Positions 60,571 to 64,000 of a stretch of 64,000 nt of DNA are shown here, piece after piece (the first letter of the stretch is position 1; each line of letters opens with the position of its first letter). Below the pieces are notes generated by a model. The model was not told the origin of the DNA. It saw only the letters and a list, made by a program, of their open reading frames with translations, and did no database searches. The stretch is from assembly GCA_964528425.1 (NCBI GenBank), contig CAZGTD010000006.1:7915-71914 (forward strand), given 5' to 3'. Origin of the DNA: an uncultured Bacteroides sp. (GTDB lineage Bacteria > Bacteroidota > Bacteroidia > Bacteroidales > Muribaculaceae). The translations under genes were made by a program, and so were the position numbers.

Positions 60571-60649
60571 CGAAAAAAATCGCAATTACCCCAAAAATAT
60601 CGTTAAAAATCGCTCTGTGAGCTATTGTTAAGCGGACATATACACTCGG

Positions 60650-61513
60650 TTAAAAGGTTATAGAGGCGGCGAGACCGTAGGCACCGTCGGCGGCAAATGG
60701 GGCTGCGCTCCAGCTGAAATTAGAGGAAGTGGTCTGCAGGGAATCGCGGTGCGTGCGGGCGCGCTTTTTGAAGATCCGCGGGTAGAGCCAGTAGGATAGG
60801 GTGGTGCTGAGATAGCCCAGAGCCGCGCCGCCCACTACGTCGTTAATCCAGTGGCGGTTGTTGTAGACGCGCAGGTAGCCAACGGTGGCGGCTACGACAT
60901 AGCCCGACATTGCCACCCACTTGTTTTTGTTCCAGTATTCGCGGCGAAGGTATTCTGCACCAACGAAGGCAATGCCGGTATGGTTCGACGGAAACGAATT
61001 GCGGTCATTGCAGTCGGGGCGTTTTTCGCGGAAAGAGTATTTTGCGGTGTTGTTGACAATAGCGAAAGTTGCGCAACTCATTGCCAGCAGTATGGTGCGG
61101 TCAAGCAAATCGTGCTCACCCTTGTAGCCACACAACGGCATTGTGTAGGCCGCCACTGCCGGCAGGTATGTGATGTAGTCGTCGGCCTTGATTTTGTTTT
61201 TGCCGTGGTGTGAAACGTGGTCTTGAACATATTCGCGGGCGCGGACCAGGGCCGGAACGCGTACGAATAGCGCAGACGCTGCGAACACTCCGGCGGGAAC
61301 CACAAACTCGGCCACAGAGGCGCTATGCGACGTGTCGCCGAGCCGTGTCAGCTGCGCAGTCAGTGACCCCTCCGCCTCCACCACCTCCTCATTGATTATG
61401 GTGGTTGTTGAATCGGTTTCGATAATCGTTTCCCGCTCCATGTATAAATCCGGCTCTGCCCCCCATAACGCAAGTTGAATAAGACCAAAAAATAGAGTGA
61501 ATACTATTCGCAT
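60650..61513 (-). CDS. PAP2-family phosphatase (membrane)
   Basis: 287 aa with the PAP2 motifs KRPDC...PSNHT...YNNRHWINDV. Confidence 0.8.
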   Translation of the reverse strand: MRIVFTLFFGLIQLALWGAEPDLYMERETIIETDSTTTIINEEVVEAEGSLTAQLTRLGDTSHSASVAEFVVPAGVFAASALFVRVPALVRAREYVQDHVSHHGKNKIKADDYITYLPAVAAYTMPLCGYKGEHDLLDRTILLAMSCATFAIVNNTAKYSFREKRPDCNDRNSFPSNHTGIAFVGAEYLRREYWNKNKWVAMSGYVVAATVGYLRVYNNRHWINDVVGGAALGYLSTTLSYWLYPRIFKKRARTHRDSLQTTSSNFSWSAAPFAADGAYGLAASITF

Positions 61514-61651
61514 TAAGAATTAGTTTAGGGTGTGTGTTTTATAAATTTTTGTCATAATTTTATGAGTCATCACCACCACTCAGTTCGTGAAAATATACTC
61601 GCAAAGTCGGGATGAGGGCGCTGATTGACTCGCTTAGATGTTTCATGGGCG

Positions 61652-61659
61652 CAAAGTTA
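61652..61659 (-). promoter_or_regulatory. -7 promoter box (TAACTTTG on the minus strand)
   Basis: CAAAGTTA on the plus strand, 138 nt upstream of the PAP2 ATG. Confidence 0.45.
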
Positions 61660-61708
61660 GGTTTTTTTGCGGATAAAAGCAAATTTTGGTTGTTTGGGCG
61701 GAATTTCG

Positions 61709-61716
61709 TAAGTTTG
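61709..61716 (+). promoter_or_regulatory. -7 promoter box TAAGTTTG
   Basis: Lies 14 nt upstream of the ATG at 61731. Confidence 0.5.
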
Positions 61717-61730
61717 CGGCCGTAAAAGTA

Positions 61731-62786
61731 ATGTTTTTGTCTATGACACTCGGATATATAACGTGGACCGTCAAGCCTGAAATTTTTCAGATCGACAGTC
61801 TGACTCTGACCCCCAATCTGCTGACTGTTGGGATACTACTATGCGTGGCGTGGCTCATCGTTGACCGTTTTCTTGACCGGAAACGCGAGTCGAAAGACTG
61901 GAGCGGCACTGTTATGGCCGGCCTGATCGGCCTCGGCCTGGCGTATTTGCGCGCAGGCAACCCCGACGGCTTGACCGTAGGGCCGCTGGCCGTTCGCTGG
62001 TATGGGCTGATGTTTCTGGTAGGCTTTATAATAGGCTACCGCATTGTCTGGCACATGTTTCGCCACGAAGGTGCACCGGAGAGCTGGTTGCCGACGTTGC
62101 TTATCTACGTTGCCGTGGCAACGATTGTGGGTGCCCGTCTGGGCCATGTGTTTTTCTACGAGTGGGACTATTATTCAGCCCACCCCGAAAAGATAATAGC
62201 TTTTTGGGAAGGAGGGCTTGCCAGCCATGGCGGCACTATCGCCATAATAATTGCGATTTTCATTTATTCACGAACCGTTACCAAGCGCTCGCCGCTTTGG
62301 ACGTTTGACCGACTGGTGGTGGCCATAGCCCTTGTGGGCTGCCTGATAAGGTTGGGCAACCTATTTAACTCCGAGATTTTCGGAACGGCAACAACTCTGC
62401 CCTGGGGCTTTAAGTATCCGCTTTCGTATGAATGGCGCACTCTCTACGGCCCTACAGATTCCGCTTGCCATCCGACCCAGCTCTACGAGGCCGGGGCATA
62501 TCTGCTGCTGTTCGTGCTGCTTATGTGGATGTATTGGAAAAAGAATGCCCAGGAGCGTCCGGGGCTTATTCTGGGAGTGTTTTTTATCGGCATCTTCCTT
62601 CCGCGTCTTCTGATTGAGTTCGTTAAGAATCCTCAGGAAGAATTTGAGCGCGCAATGACCCTGAATATGGGGCAGATTCTCAGTATTCCGTTTATTCTGG
62701 CCGGTATATTGCTTATTTATTATGCAATGACGCGGCCTCGCAAAAAAATTGACTTTCCCGACAAATTTCCCGACGAAACAAAATAA
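61731..62786 (+). CDS. lgt: Prolipoprotein diacylglyceryl transferase
   Basis: About 351 aa from the ATG at 61731; 61743 is also possible. The motifs are VRWYGLMF, GARLGHVFFYEW and FWEGGLASHGG. The ORF-track start at 61686 precedes the promoter box. Confidence 0.85.
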   Translation: MFLSMTLGYITWTVKPEIFQIDSLTLTPNLLTVGILLCVAWLIVDRFLDRKRESKDWSGTVMAGLIGLGLAYLRAGNPDGLTVGPLAVRWYGLMFLVGFIIGYRIVWHMFRHEGAPESWLPTLLIYVAVATIVGARLGHVFFYEWDYYSAHPEKIIAFWEGGLASHGGTIAIIIAIFIYSRTVTKRSPLWTFDRLVVAIALVGCLIRLGNLFNSEIFGTATTLPWGFKYPLSYEWRTLYGPTDSACHPTQLYEAGAYLLLFVLLMWMYWKKNAQERPGLILGVFFIGIFLPRLLIEFVKNPQEEFERAMTLNMGQILSIPFILAGILLIYYAMTRPRKKIDFPDKFPDETK

Positions 62787-63991
62787 TGACACCACAACTG
62801 GTTCTTACTCCACTGGAAATTACGGCCTGGGGCCTTGGGGCGCTTGCCCTGATTGCGGCCCTATGGCTTTTGACTTTTTATAGAGCGCGCATAGTATTGG
62901 TTGGCAACACTATCCGCCGCCAAACCGCCGCTCCGTTCAACCCGTCGCCTAAGCCCGAACCGCCGGCCGTTTCAATCGTAATCGTTGCCGGCGACCATGC
63001 CGCGGCGCTTGAGTCGCTACTTGCCAAGATTTTCGAGCAGGAATATCCGTCGTCGCCCGAGGTAATAGTGGTCAACGATGGCAAGAACAACGAGGTCAAA
63101 GATGTTGTTACCCGCATCAAGAATCTTCAGCACCGCCCCAACATCGCGCTCACTTTCACCCCCGAAAACCTTCATAACGTTTCGCGCCGCAAACTTGCCC
63201 TGACGCTGGGGGTCAAGGCCGCGCATAACCCGATTATAGTAGCCCTGACCGAAGAGTCGAAACTTTATTCGACCCAGTGGCTGATGAGAATGGTTGAGCC
63301 ATTCAGCAATCCGAAAACCGAGGTGGTTATCGGCAGCGCGCTCCCTGCAACTAAATTCGATTCGGGGTCGGGCCGGCGCTATCGCTCGTTTACTCATGGC
63401 CACGATGCCGTAAGGTGGATTTCGGCGGCTTTGCGCGGAAAGACCTTTCGTGGCCATCGCGCCAATATGGCGTTTCGCGCCGACAGCTTTTTCCGCGTAG
63501 GCGGAATGGGCGGCGCGCTGAACCTGCGCAATGGCGACGATGATCTTTTTATTTCAAAACTTTCCAATTCCGAAAATACCGTAGCCGTTGTTGCGGCGCA
63601 GGCTGCAGTGCGCTATGCTCATCCGACTTCGCGCCAGGAATTCCGACGTGGGCGCCCGGCCCGAATGTTTACTGAGGAGCGACTGAGCACTCCGCGCTTC
63701 TTTTTTGGGTTTTCGAGCCTTTGTGCGTGGGTGCTCCTGTTGGCGTGTGCAGCCGCTGTAGCACTCGGTGTGTGGCTCGGCGATTGGGTGTTGGTTGGGT
63801 GCGTGACCGCACTTTTTGTCGTTTCAGTTGTTATATTGTCAATGACGTGGCGCTCAACTCTTAAAGCATTGCGTTGCCGTCCGGCTGCTCTGGGAGTCTT
63901 TCCGATGATGCTCAGACGCCCGTTGACCAACGCTTTTCACCGGATGCGTTGCAGTCGCAATAAAACTGACTACTACACCTGGGTGTCATAA
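62786..63991 (+). CDS. Family 2 glycosyltransferase (membrane-anchored)
   Basis: 401 aa with an N-terminal TM helix, the GT-A start VSIVIVAGDHAAALESLLAKIFEQEYP..VIVVNDG, a later DDD motif and C-terminal TM helices. Confidence 0.7.
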   Translation: MTPQLVLTPLEITAWGLGALALIAALWLLTFYRARIVLVGNTIRRQTAAPFNPSPKPEPPAVSIVIVAGDHAAALESLLAKIFEQEYPSSPEVIVVNDGKNNEVKDVVTRIKNLQHRPNIALTFTPENLHNVSRRKLALTLGVKAAHNPIIVALTEESKLYSTQWLMRMVEPFSNPKTEVVIGSALPATKFDSGSGRRYRSFTHGHDAVRWISAALRGKTFRGHRANMAFRADSFFRVGGMGGALNLRNGDDDLFISKLSNSENTVAVVAAQAAVRYAHPTSRQEFRRGRPARMFTEERLSTPRFFFGFSSLCAWVLLLACAAAVALGVWLGDWVLVGCVTALFVVSVVILSMTWRSTLKALRCRPAALGVFPMMLRRPLTNAFHRMRCSRNKTDYYTWVS

Positions 63992-64000
63992 AACTGACCG

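Overview
This 64-kb chromosomal segment reads as a T9SS-positive member of Bacteroidota, probably Bacteroidales. That placement is an inference from Bacteroidetes-type TAnnTTTG -7 promoter boxes in front of most operons, a PorX-type regulator, six ORFs ending in T9SS C-terminal sorting domains, a TonB-dependent receptor and a myo-inositol-phosphate synthase. The backbone is roughly 55% GC, judged by hand counts on sampled lines. It carries housekeeping genes: ilvE, manC, lptF/G, ribBA, ybaK, aroC, pheT, yebC, thyA and lgt. It also carries a TPP-riboswitch-controlled thiamine uptake operon and a 15-kb single-strand array encoding three tandem GH20 hexosaminidases plus envelope proteins. Several features stand out. 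(1) A low-GC islet carries a split HipB-HipS-HipT kinase toxin-antitoxin cassette with three operator-like boxes. (2) Directly beside it lies an unusually GC-rich 634-aa ORFan. (3) A low-GC orphan ComEC-like MBL-fold gene has about 350 nt of structured non-coding DNA upstream and sits directly upstream of a 1663-aa BspA-type LRR protein gene. (4) A family of GC-hairpin / low-complexity intergenic repeats includes a 214-bp unit with perfect 18-bp terminal inverted repeats and a 41-nt direct repeat bracketing the LRR+MBL block. (5) A chain of seven stop/start-overlapping genes runs from ribBA to aroC, and its four-gene core (ABC ATPase, polytopic membrane protein, TolB-like protein with CXXCH, receiver-PPDK_N protein) has no assigned function. 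No rRNA, tRNA, CRISPR array, transposase or integrase was seen. All family assignments come from reading motifs by eye, with no database search.
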